Shown piece after piece: positions 29,538-37,654 of a stretch of 64,000 nt of DNA. The position numbers were made by a program, and so were the translations under genes. Positions within the stretch are counted from its first letter, which is position 1. Each line of letters opens with the position of its first letter. Source of the stretch: Candidatus Latescibacterota bacterium (GTDB lineage Bacteria > Latescibacterota > UBA2968 > GCA-2709665); the NCBI GenBank assembly GCA_965205485.1, contig OZ242180.1, positions 2,784,001 through 2,848,000 of the forward strand, read 5' to 3'. The notes beneath the pieces are model-generated. The model was not told the origin of the DNA. It saw nothing but the letters and a program-made list of their open reading frames with translations, and ran no database searches.

Positions 29538-30215
29538 ATGGCCAAGGGGATATTCTCCAGAATGGCTGACATCATCAAGGCCAACATAAACGACCTTCTG
29601 AATCGCGCGGAAGATCCGGAGAAGATGATCCGGCAGATGATCCTCGAAATGGAGGAGGCCGTTAACAAGGCGACGGCGTCCGTCGGGACGGCCGTGGCCA
29701 ACGAGAAACGTCTGGAGCGTCAGCTTCTGGACAAGACGGACCAGATCGAGGCCTGGCAGAAGAAGGCGGAACTGGCCGTGGAATCCGGCGAGGACGATCT
29801 GGCCAGGCGCGCTCTGGAACGAAAGGCCACGCTGGAAAAAGCCGCCGGGGATCTGGAAGCCGCGTTCGACGAGAGCCACAAGACCTCCGATCAGCTCAAG
29901 AAACAGCTTGGGCAGCTCAAGTCCAAACTGGACGAAGCACGCACCCGTCAGGGCGCGCTGATCGCGCGGCGACGCGCCGCTCAGGCTCGGAAGCAGATCG
30001 CCCAGGGCATTTCGGGCGTCGGTGACGACGCCTTTTCCAGCTTCGAACGCTTTCGCAGCCGGGTTGAGAATGAAGAAGCCGAAGCTTCCGCTCACGCGGA
30101 AATTGCCGGTGAAGATCCCTCGCTGGACGATACGTTCGAAAAACTGGAACGACGGAACACGGTGGAAGACGAACTCGAGGCGCTGAAGAACAAACTGCGC
30201 AAATCCGATGCGTGA
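29538..30215 (+). CDS. pspA: Phage shock protein A (PspA/IM30, ESCRT-III superfamily)
   Basis: GIFSRMADIIKANINDLLNRAEDPEKMIRQMILEME, EDDLARRAL and EDELEALK; RBS AAGGAG. Confidence 0.95.
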   Translation: MAKGIFSRMADIIKANINDLLNRAEDPEKMIRQMILEMEEAVNKATASVGTAVANEKRLERQLLDKTDQIEAWQKKAELAVESGEDDLARRALERKATLEKAAGDLEAAFDESHKTSDQLKKQLGQLKSKLDEARTRQGALIARRRAAQARKQIAQGISGVGDDAFSSFERFRSRVENEEAEASAHAEIAGEDPSLDDTFEKLERRNTVEDELEALKNKLRKSDA

Positions 30216-30849
30216 ATTTCGAAAAATCCTGGACGAAATCGCGTACGAGATCGACAGGACAATGCGCGACGCAACAGAGGCATGGCGTGATTTCAAGATG
30301 ACCCGACCCGCGCGGCAAGAGCCGGGAAGGGTTCGTCACCCCCGTTCGCGTCGGCTGTCCTTCCGATTCTCCGATCTGGCCACTGACGGGAGTTGTGCTA
30401 TGCGATACGCCTTCGCGCTGCTACTGAAAGTCACAGCGATTCTGTTCGTTTTCGGCGGTCTGATGGGCATAGTCTATTCCGGCTTCCGGTCGTCCGGTTT
30501 CATCCTGAACCCCCTTGACATTGTCATGGGTATCGCCGTAATCTCGTTCGCGCTGGTTTTCTGGCTGGCCGGCCGAAAGGTCCAGGTGTCGGCCGAGCAC
30601 AAGCGGTACGCGCAGTATCAACACCGCCTGCTCAGGCTCGCACGCGAGAAAGGCGGCAGCCTCACCGTTCTGGAGGCGGCTACGGACGGGAGGATGACCG
30701 TGGGAAAGGCAGAAGAGATCCTCGGTGCATTGGCCGTCGGCGGCAGCGCCGAGGTTCGGGTGTCAGAGTCCGGTCTCGTTGTGTATCACTTTCCCGAGAT
30801 TGAACATGGATCCGAAAAAACCCGGGCGAAACCGGTGTATGAACTTTGA
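30208..30849 (+). CDS. Two-TM membrane protein with a C-terminal winged-helix-like domain
   Basis: Overlaps the pspA stop; two hydrophobic segments followed by LLRLAREKGGSLTVLEAA...AEEIL...VSESGLVVYHFPEI. Confidence 0.72.
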   Translation: MREFRKILDEIAYEIDRTMRDATEAWRDFKMTRPARQEPGRVRHPRSRRLSFRFSDLATDGSCAMRYAFALLLKVTAILFVFGGLMGIVYSGFRSSGFILNPLDIVMGIAVISFALVFWLAGRKVQVSAEHKRYAQYQHRLLRLAREKGGSLTVLEAATDGRMTVGKAEEILGALAVGGSAEVRVSESGLVVYHFPEIEHGSEKTRAKPVYEL

Positions 30850-30876
30850 TACATTCGAAAATCACGGAGGGATGTC

Positions 30877-31092
30877 ATGTTTGAAGTCGGTATTGGCGTT
30901 GCGCTGATCGTCCTTGCCGTGGCGGTCCTCAAATACGTGGAGCGGCAGACAAAGGGTACCGTCCCCGGTAAGGTCGAGGAACGCCTGAATGCCCGGCTGG
31001 ACGACCTTGACAGGAGACTGACCGATATCCAGGAAATCATGATCGCGATCGACGAAAAGCTGAATCGCCAGGACTCGGGAGGCGCGTCGTGA
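30877..31092 (+). CDS. Small single-TM protein with a PspB-like coiled-coil tail (paralog 1)
   Basis: RBS GGAGGG; TM EVGIGVALIVLAVAVL; tail RLDDLDRRLTDIQEIMIAIDEKL. Confidence 0.78.
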   Translation: MFEVGIGVALIVLAVAVLKYVERQTKGTVPGKVEERLNARLDDLDRRLTDIQEIMIAIDEKLNRQDSGGAS

Positions 31093-31175
31093 ATCGCGCC
31101 AGGTTCACCGGATTACCTGAAGCGCGATCGGCCAGTATCAGAATCATATCTGCTCAAGAAACGGGGCGTTGAATC

Positions 31176-31550
31176 ATGAACACACAGCACATTCACGTCG
31201 GCGAGCGGATTCAGGGTGGGACGGCCGTTGTCACCATCAGCGGCGATCCGATCGCCCTGCCGGAGGTGGCGCCGCTCCGACGCGAAATATCGAACCTTGT
31301 AAACGGAGGCGCTCGCACCGTCGTGGTCGACCTTTCACGCGTGAACCACATGGGCGCCGCCATGCTTGGTGAACTGGCGAGGGGCATTAAAGCCACCCGA
31401 GACGCCGGAGGCGACCTGAGGTTGAGCGGCGTTTCCCGTCGTATCCGAAGAGTCCTCGCATTGACAGGACTCTCTCGATTCTTCAAGCAGGCCGAGATTG
31501 GAAACGGTACGACGGAAGCCGCCAGCCGAAACGTCAAAAAAGTGGCTTGA
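31176..31550 (+). CDS. STAS-domain protein (anti-sigma factor antagonist-like)
   Basis: VVTISG, VVVDLSRVNHMGAAMLG, GGDLRL and VLALTGL. Confidence 0.85.
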   Translation: MNTQHIHVGERIQGGTAVVTISGDPIALPEVAPLRREISNLVNGGARTVVVDLSRVNHMGAAMLGELARGIKATRDAGGDLRLSGVSRRIRRVLALTGLSRFFKQAEIGNGTTEAASRNVKKVA

Positions 31551-31615
31551 GACTTCAAATCGTCGGAATGCCGTCGCCACACAATCAAACGCGGGGACTT
31601 CAGAGGAGGGAAAGT

Positions 31616-32191
31616 ATGAGTTGGATTCTGGAACTGGCGTTGGCGCTTTGCCTGCTGATCGTTGCGGGTGGATACTCCGTTTATCTGATGACTCCCGGCA
31701 ACAAGAAGCCCAGTGGATCCACTGTGGGGATTTTCCTGGCGGTGGCGGCCGTCGGTTTCGTTGTCTGGGCATTCACGTCGGAACGGTGGAACCTGCTTCC
31801 TGGCGCCGAAGACATTCCCACTATTACCCTGACCGGCAATACCGCCGGTCTAACGGGTGAAAGCGTGAGACTATTTCTGGAAAATCAGAGACGCCTGGAG
31901 TCAACTGCCGGTAAACTCGAGGACGTCGCAGACCGTCTCGAGTTGGCGCAATCCGGAACAGGTCTGGGCATTGCGATGGAGATCGGCATTGGGATCTGTC
32001 TGATCATTTTCGCCGGGGGCCTTGTGAGCTATATACACCTCAGAAAGAAGAGGGAAGGCAAGGGGATGAGTCCCGAACGGGCCAAGCGAATGGAGTCGCG
32101 GCTGGACGCCGTGGACCAGCGGCTGAACGACCTCCAGGAAGTGATCATCACCCTGGATGAAAGGCTCAGGCGAGGCAAAACCAACGTCTGA
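31616..32191 (+). CDS. Three-TM membrane protein with a PspB-like coiled-coil tail (paralog 2)
   Basis: RBS GAGGAGG; last TM EIGIGICLIIFAGGLV; tail RLDAVDQRLNDLQEVIITLDERL. Confidence 0.78.
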   Translation: MSWILELALALCLLIVAGGYSVYLMTPGNKKPSGSTVGIFLAVAAVGFVVWAFTSERWNLLPGAEDIPTITLTGNTAGLTGESVRLFLENQRRLESTAGKLEDVADRLELAQSGTGLGIAMEIGIGICLIIFAGGLVSYIHLRKKREGKGMSPERAKRMESRLDAVDQRLNDLQEVIITLDERLRRGKTNV

Positions 32192-32222
32192 ACAACGACT
32201 GCAAGCCAAAGGAGGGATCCTG

Positions 32223-32600
32223 ATGACCCGTGAGTTTATTACCAGAGGCGCAATCGTCTTTATCCTGATTTTGCTTGGAGCGGTAACGCTGAGGTTTTTC
32301 TTCGGCGACCCATTCATGCCCGGGAGTTCGCCACGCTTCGTGAGTTTCGCCATTGCTCTTGCACTGGGGATTCTGCTGATCGGCGGGACAGTCGCGGTGA
32401 CCGTGTTCGCCCTCGGCTACGTGATGATATATCTGAAGCGTCGGAACAGCGGCCAGACTCACGGATTCGAAACGAACCAGACAGAAGCGTTCAAAACCCG
32501 GCTGAACGAAGTGGATCAACGCCTGACCGATGTTCAGGACATACTGATAACCATTGACGAGAAACTGAGCCGGTTGCAGGAAAACAGGAGCACGGGCTGA
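32223..32600 (+). CDS. Membrane protein with a PspB-like coiled-coil tail (paralog 3)
   Basis: RBS GGAGGG; hydrophobic segments followed by RLNEVDQRLTDVQDILITIDEKL. Confidence 0.78.
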   Translation: MTREFITRGAIVFILILLGAVTLRFFFGDPFMPGSSPRFVSFAIALALGILLIGGTVAVTVFALGYVMIYLKRRNSGQTHGFETNQTEAFKTRLNEVDQRLTDVQDILITIDEKLSRLQENRSTG

Positions 32601-32734
32601 TCATCGTCTCCATTCGAATCCGCCTCTGTACCGCGACGTCCGGGCGGACTCCAGGTCTTTCACGTAACTTTCAATCTAAACCGGAATGGCAGAGATAAAT
32701 CATCTGGCTACCGGAGAGTAGAAAGGACGGAACC

Positions 32735-32911
32735 ATGCTCGCGAAGATCCTCGGCATCATCCTTATCGCCATCGGCGCGTATCTCGGTATTTTCGAAGCG
32801 ATCAAGCTCATCGGCATGTCCCTGGAAATGGTGTTCTTGCTCCTTAAGCTGTTTGTGTCGTTTGTCCTGATTTACGTGGGTTACCGGCTGCTTACAGGAG
32901 AATCCAGATAA
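32735..32911 (+). CDS. 58-aa two-TM small membrane protein (PspG/LiaI-like topology); not in the ORF track
   Basis: RBS AAAGGA; MLAKILGIILIAIGAYLGIFEAIKLIGMSLEMVFLLLKLFVSFVLIYVGYRLLTGESR*. Confidence 0.72.
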   Translation: MLAKILGIILIAIGAYLGIFEAIKLIGMSLEMVFLLLKLFVSFVLIYVGYRLLTGESR

Positions 32912-32942
32912 TTGACCGACCATTAGAGAGGAAAACCAATAG

Positions 32943-33518
32943 ATGAAAAACGAACGGTATCTGGTCCGGAGGGCAATCGAAGGTGACGCGGCCGCCTTCG
33001 GCGTCCTGTACCGGGCCTGCCACGAACAGATCTACGCCACGATGGTGCGTCGAACAAGCGACCCTGAAACCGCACAGGATCTCGTACAGACCGCGTTTTT
33101 GAGGGCATATACGGCCCTTGGCTCCTATCGAGGCGATGCCGCGTTTGCCACCTGGCTCACCCAGATCGCCCTGAACGTCCACAAGTCCCACTTCCGCAAA
33201 CAGCAGGTGCGCCGTCGGTGGACAACGGTAACCGAAGATCCTGCCGCACTCGTGGAAGCCACGCGCGTGCCCGCCGCGGGCGAGAATCCTGAATCCACGG
33301 TCGAGCGAAACCAGCGGCGCGAACTCGTGAGAATGAGCATTCACGCATTGCCGGAAAGATATCGCGAAGTTATCTGGATGCGTTATGTTCGCGACTGGTC
33401 CTACGAGGAGATAACACGGGCGCTGCAGATTCCTATGGGGACGGTCAAGACATGGCTCAATCGCGGACGTTACCAGTTGAAGGGCGAATTCAGAAAGCGG
33501 GGACTGGTACCCTCCTGA
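32943..33518 (+). CDS. ECF RNA polymerase sigma factor (SigW/RpoE-like)
   Basis: GDAAAFGVLY, AQDLVQTAFLRAY, FATWL, LPERYREV, SYEEI and GTVKTWLNRGR. Confidence 0.92.
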   Translation: MKNERYLVRRAIEGDAAAFGVLYRACHEQIYATMVRRTSDPETAQDLVQTAFLRAYTALGSYRGDAAFATWLTQIALNVHKSHFRKQQVRRRWTTVTEDPAALVEATRVPAAGENPESTVERNQRRELVRMSIHALPERYREVIWMRYVRDWSYEEITRALQIPMGTVKTWLNRGRYQLKGEFRKRGLVPS

Positions 33519-33601
33519 GTTCGCGTGACTTCAAGTTCCGGACAATTCCAGTTTTGGTGCTCGAACGGGAGGTCTCAGCGCTTGCATTGGCGTCTCATTC
33601 G

Positions 33602-33661
33602 GGGCGAAAACTGTAGCCGAGCATCGTCCCGGCGCCAGGCACCGTGGGCGAAAACCGTAGC
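33602..33661. promoter_or_regulatory. 16-bp direct repeat pair, a candidate operator upstream of nfeD-flotillin
   Basis: gggcgaaaactgtagc (33602) and gggcgaaaaccgtagc (33646), 15/16 identical and 44 bp apart. Confidence 0.5.
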
Positions 33662-33794
33662 GATTTTGTATTGACGCAAAGAAGATTCTGTATCACATTT
33701 CGCGGCGCAAAGCGCTTTACCGATACAGACCGTTTTTCCGCGTACGGGAGATCGTCGTTGCAAACTCAAGGAGATCCGAAGAAGGGAGCCGGAT

Positions 33795-34391
33795 ATGGAT
33801 GCCTGGTGGATGGAACTGACCGTGCTCAATCAGATTTTCTACGTCATGGCGATTTTCTTCAGTGCGTTTTTCGTCTGGCAACTCCTGGCTGCCTTGCTCG
33901 GTCTCGGAGGAGGGGCGGACGCGGGGATCGCAGGAGATGCGAACTTCGGCGATACCGGGCCGGAGTTCAACGACGGTACGGTTGCCTCATTCAAGCTGCT
34001 GTCTATCCGGTCGCTCATTGCCTTTGGCATGCTGTTCGGGTGGGCGGGTGCCCTGTATCTCCAAAGAGGGATGGAAGTACGAACCGCCCTTGTCTACGCG
34101 CTTGTATGGGGCAGCGCGGGCATGGCGGTCGTGGCCTATTTCTTCCACGGTATCAGGCAGCTTACCGAAACCGGAAACGCAAGCCTTGATACGTGCGTAG
34201 GCACGTCGGGTGAAGTGTATCTGGATATTCCGGAAGGCGGCACGGGGCAGGTCCGGGTGATGGAGAGCGGGACGGTCGCGTACGTGACTGCCCGAGGAAA
34301 GAACGGCATGCCGGTCTCCGCCAGGACGCCCGTGCGCATTCTCCGGGTTGTGAGCGCAACCACGCTTGAGGTCGAGCCCCTGAAATCATGA
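33795..34391 (+). CDS. NfeD-like (YuaF/YqiJ-type) membrane protein with a C-terminal OB-fold
   Basis: TM segments followed by VGTSGEVYLDIP..GTGQV; lies directly upstream of flotillin. Confidence 0.82.
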   Translation: MDAWWMELTVLNQIFYVMAIFFSAFFVWQLLAALLGLGGGADAGIAGDANFGDTGPEFNDGTVASFKLLSIRSLIAFGMLFGWAGALYLQRGMEVRTALVYALVWGSAGMAVVAYFFHGIRQLTETGNASLDTCVGTSGEVYLDIPEGGTGQVRVMESGTVAYVTARGKNGMPVSARTPVRILRVVSATTLEVEPLKS

Positions 34392-34485
34392 GAAGCTGGA
34401 TCAACATGATATTTGCAGCCAGCGCGGATTTTCCCCGGGAAAGATCTCATTCAACGGTGCTATATTCAGTCGAGGAGGGATTGCA

Positions 34486-36000
34486 ATGGCAACCGAGACG
34501 ATTCTGACAATCATCCTGCTGTTGGTGGTGTTTCTTCTCTTCGTGACGTTTATTTCCCGGTACAAACGGTGTCCGTCCAACAAGATATTGGTCGTCTACG
34601 GGAAAACCGGAAAGGGTGCCGCAAAATGCGTCCACGGAGGCGCGGCCTTCGTTCTTCCGCTCCTGCAGGATTATGAGTATCTGGACCTGGAACCGTTTGT
34701 CGTTCCCATAGACCTGGACAACGCGCTTTCTCAGGAGAACATCCGTGTGTCCGTACCCACAACCGTCACCGCGGCGGTTTCCAATCAGGCGGGCGTGATG
34801 CAGAATGCGGCGATCCGACTCCTGGGCCTTTCCCGCGAACAGATCCAGAGCCAGGCGCAGGACATCATCCTGGGCCAGATGCGGGCGGTGATCGCCACCA
34901 TGCAGATCGAAGAAATCAACAGGGACCGGCAGGCGTTTATGTCCAAGGTCAATGAAGCCGTGTCAACCGAAATGGAGAAAATCGGGCTGGCCGTGATCAA
35001 TGTAAACATCAAGGATATCGAAGACGAAAGCGGCTATATCAAAGCCCTCGGTCAGAAGGCGGCCGCCGAAGCCATCAATCAGGCGGCAATCGACGTGGCC
35101 GAGCAGGAGAAAATGGGCAAGGTGGGTGTGGCCGAACGGGAACGAGACCAGCGTACGGACGTGGCCGCGGCGAATGCGGCCGCGGACATCGGCGAGGCCG
35201 AGGCCGCCAGGGACAGGCGCCAGCGGGTTGCCGCGCTGGAATCCGAGGCACAGATCGGGGAGGCAGAGGCCACCAGGAACAAACGCCAGATGGTCTCTGC
35301 CCTGGATGCGGAAGCGGTCCAGGCCGAGACGGAGGCCGATTCCAAGAAGGCCGGTTACATGGCGCAGCAGACCGTAGCCGAGGAGGTCGCGCGTCAGAAG
35401 GGACAGGAGGCCGCCAAGGCAGCCGACGGCGCCATCCGGGTCGCTCAGGAAAAGGCGGAAAGAGAGGCAGAGGACGCCCGGGCGCTACGCGAAGAAGCCC
35501 GCCTTAGAGCCGAAATCGTCGTAGAAGCCGAGGCGCAAAAGAAAAAGCTGGTTGTGCAGGCCGAGGCCGAGAAAGCCCAGAAAGCGCTTGTGGCGGAAGG
35601 CGAGGCCGCCGCGATTCTGGCCGAGCGACGGGCCGAAGCGGAGGGCACTCAGGCCATACTGGACGCCAAGGCCGAGGGATATAAGGAACTGGTTGCCGCC
35701 TGCGGCGGTAAAGACCAGGCTGCCGCAGCCTTCCTCATCGTCGAACGGCTGACAGAGGTCGCGGGCATTCAGGCCGAAGCCATTCAGAATATCCCGCTGG
35801 AGAAAATCGTGGTCTGGGACGGCGGCAACGGACAGGGAGGTATGTCCAACCTCGGTCAGCGTCTGATGGGCGCGATTCCTCCCATGCACGAACTGGCAAA
35901 GCTGGCAGGTCTGGAACTGCCGGAGTTTCTGGGCAGGTTGGCAGGCGGAGTGAATCCGGCGGACGGTAATGAAGACAAAACCGGAGAATCCTCCGGATAA
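34486..36000 (+). CDS. Flotillin family (SPFH/band 7) protein
   Basis: N-terminal TM, RYKRCPSNKILVVYG, GQMRAVIATM, EEINRDR and a long AEA-rich coiled coil. Confidence 0.93.
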   Translation: MATETILTIILLLVVFLLFVTFISRYKRCPSNKILVVYGKTGKGAAKCVHGGAAFVLPLLQDYEYLDLEPFVVPIDLDNALSQENIRVSVPTTVTAAVSNQAGVMQNAAIRLLGLSREQIQSQAQDIILGQMRAVIATMQIEEINRDRQAFMSKVNEAVSTEMEKIGLAVINVNIKDIEDESGYIKALGQKAAAEAINQAAIDVAEQEKMGKVGVAERERDQRTDVAAANAAADIGEAEAARDRRQRVAALESEAQIGEAEATRNKRQMVSALDAEAVQAETEADSKKAGYMAQQTVAEEVARQKGQEAAKAADGAIRVAQEKAEREAEDARALREEARLRAEIVVEAEAQKKKLVVQAEAEKAQKALVAEGEAAAILAERRAEAEGTQAILDAKAEGYKELVAACGGKDQAAAAFLIVERLTEVAGIQAEAIQNIPLEKIVVWDGGNGQGGMSNLGQRLMGAIPPMHELAKLAGLELPEFLGRLAGGVNPADGNEDKTGESSG

Positions 36001-36025
36001 ACCCGATTAGTCATGGAGTAACCTG

Positions 36026-37651
36026 TTGACCAAATCTGACATATCAGACAATGGTCCGGCGCCGTCCGACCGCATAAGTATCGTTCGGACCCTCCCGGAA
36101 TCCGCGAATGCAGACGCACGGAGGCACTGCCGCGACGGTGATTCCGCGTTGGAAACCGGGGACATGTCGAGAGCTGAAGCCGCTTACGCTTCGGCACTGA
36201 GTCACGACGCGGGCAACCTTCGTGCGCTCCACAACCTGGGTGTCGTCCACTATAGAAGGGGCAACTGGCAGCATGCGCTCGCAAGCTTCGAACGTGCGCT
36301 GGGCTTGACCCATGACAATTCGGACCTGTACTTCAAGATCGGTATGTGCCTGCTCAAGACGGGCGCAGATGGCGCGTCGGAGGCCTTCGAGTCCGCCATC
36401 GCGGGCAAGCCGGAACATCTTGAGGCGCGCTTTCAACTGGCGCTGTTGCGGGCGGAGGGCGCGGAATCGGGATCCAGGGGTCGGCAACAGGCGGTCGAAA
36501 TGCTCCGTTTTATTCTGGAGGCGGTGGATCGCGGCGTGCACTACGGCAACGTGGACGGTGCCTGCTTCCTGCTCGCCAGCTTTCTGGACGACCTTCCGGA
36601 GAACATCGAGGAAGCGATCGCTGTTTACCGTCGTGGTCTGGAAGCGAATCCGCTGTTCGCACCGGGTCACAACAACCTTGGCATCCTGCTCATGCAATCG
36701 GGTCAGACCCTTCAGGCCCTGGGTGCATTCAAGATAGCCATCCAGCTCGAGCCGGATTACGCGCTGCCCTACAGGAACCTGGCGCATCTCTTGTTCGATC
36801 ACAAGAGTTCAGCGCAGATGGAGCAGGAATATACAACCATCATCGAAGAATTCGGCGCAAAGGCTGCTTCGGTTCTGGCAAGGTTGTCCCTTGAGCTCAT
36901 CGACATGGGACGTGTGCAGGTGGGTGAGAGCCTGTACACGCGTGGCCACCAGATAAAGAACCTGATGGGTCTGGTCGGGAGCCGTACACGCAGGCTGATT
37001 CGAAGGAACCGGAAGGACAACACGGTGCTCGATGATCTAAGGGAAATCGCACGCGATCAGGAGCACATCTACGACCAGTGGGTCGCGTACCTGCGCAGCA
37101 TGAAGCAGGACCCGTTGAATCCCACACTGGTCGATATTCCACTGCTGTTGCGCAACATCAGAAAGACGGTCTCGAGCCGGACCGGTGGTACGTTGCTCCG
37201 CTTCGCATTCGAACCGCAGGTGCCCCAGGTCAAGGTCGACCCCGGAATGTTGCGTGAGGCGGTTACCAACCTGATTCTCAACGCACTGGACGCCGTAGAC
37301 GAGGATGGTGCGGTCACGGTACAGGCCGGCTACGACAATAAGCGGGCGTCGGTGTTCATCGAGGTGGAAGACAACGGGCCGGGCATATCCGAAGAAATCC
37401 AGGGTCGCATCTTCGATCCGGGGTTCTCAACCAAAGAAAAGGGCAATGGATTCGGCCTCAGCATCTGCTCGCGGATCGTATCCGCCCACAGGGGAAACCT
37501 GCGCATGATCAGCCGTCCGGGCGCCGGTGCCGTGTTTCGCATCGACATTCCAGTGGACTTCGAGCTCGTTTCCGAATCCGAAAGCATCGGCTGGAGCGGG
37601 GATCCGTTAGCTGCGTCCAGGCTGCCGCTGGCCGAGGAATTCATCGAGTAA
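36026..37651 (+). CDS. Soluble sensor histidine kinase with N-terminal TPR repeats
   Basis: TPR-like helices (ALHNLGVVHY, GHNNLGILL); H-box-like RGHQIKNLM; N box NLILNALDA; G1 DNGPGI; F box FDPGFSTK; G2 GNGFGL; no TM segment. Confidence 0.88.
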   Translation: MTKSDISDNGPAPSDRISIVRTLPESANADARRHCRDGDSALETGDMSRAEAAYASALSHDAGNLRALHNLGVVHYRRGNWQHALASFERALGLTHDNSDLYFKIGMCLLKTGADGASEAFESAIAGKPEHLEARFQLALLRAEGAESGSRGRQQAVEMLRFILEAVDRGVHYGNVDGACFLLASFLDDLPENIEEAIAVYRRGLEANPLFAPGHNNLGILLMQSGQTLQALGAFKIAIQLEPDYALPYRNLAHLLFDHKSSAQMEQEYTTIIEEFGAKAASVLARLSLELIDMGRVQVGESLYTRGHQIKNLMGLVGSRTRRLIRRNRKDNTVLDDLREIARDQEHIYDQWVAYLRSMKQDPLNPTLVDIPLLLRNIRKTVSSRTGGTLLRFAFEPQVPQVKVDPGMLREAVTNLILNALDAVDEDGAVTVQAGYDNKRASVFIEVEDNGPGISEEIQGRIFDPGFSTKEKGNGFGLSICSRIVSAHRGNLRMISRPGAGAVFRIDIPVDFELVSESESIGWSGDPLAASRLPLAEEFIE

Positions 37652-37654
37652 GTC

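Noticed and set aside
31094..31129. Intergenic hairpin before the STAS gene
   Set aside because: The stem is imperfect and has no U tract; it may stabilise mRNA but is too weak to call.
32600..32734. ECF-type autoregulatory promoter (gtaac...) upstream of the small ORF and the ECF gene
   Set aside because: No CGT/GTC-type -10 element at the expected spacing.
33740..33765. Second sigma54 promoter before nfeD (gggagatcgtcgttgc)
   Set aside because: The GG-to-GC spacing is off by one and the CAC core is missing.
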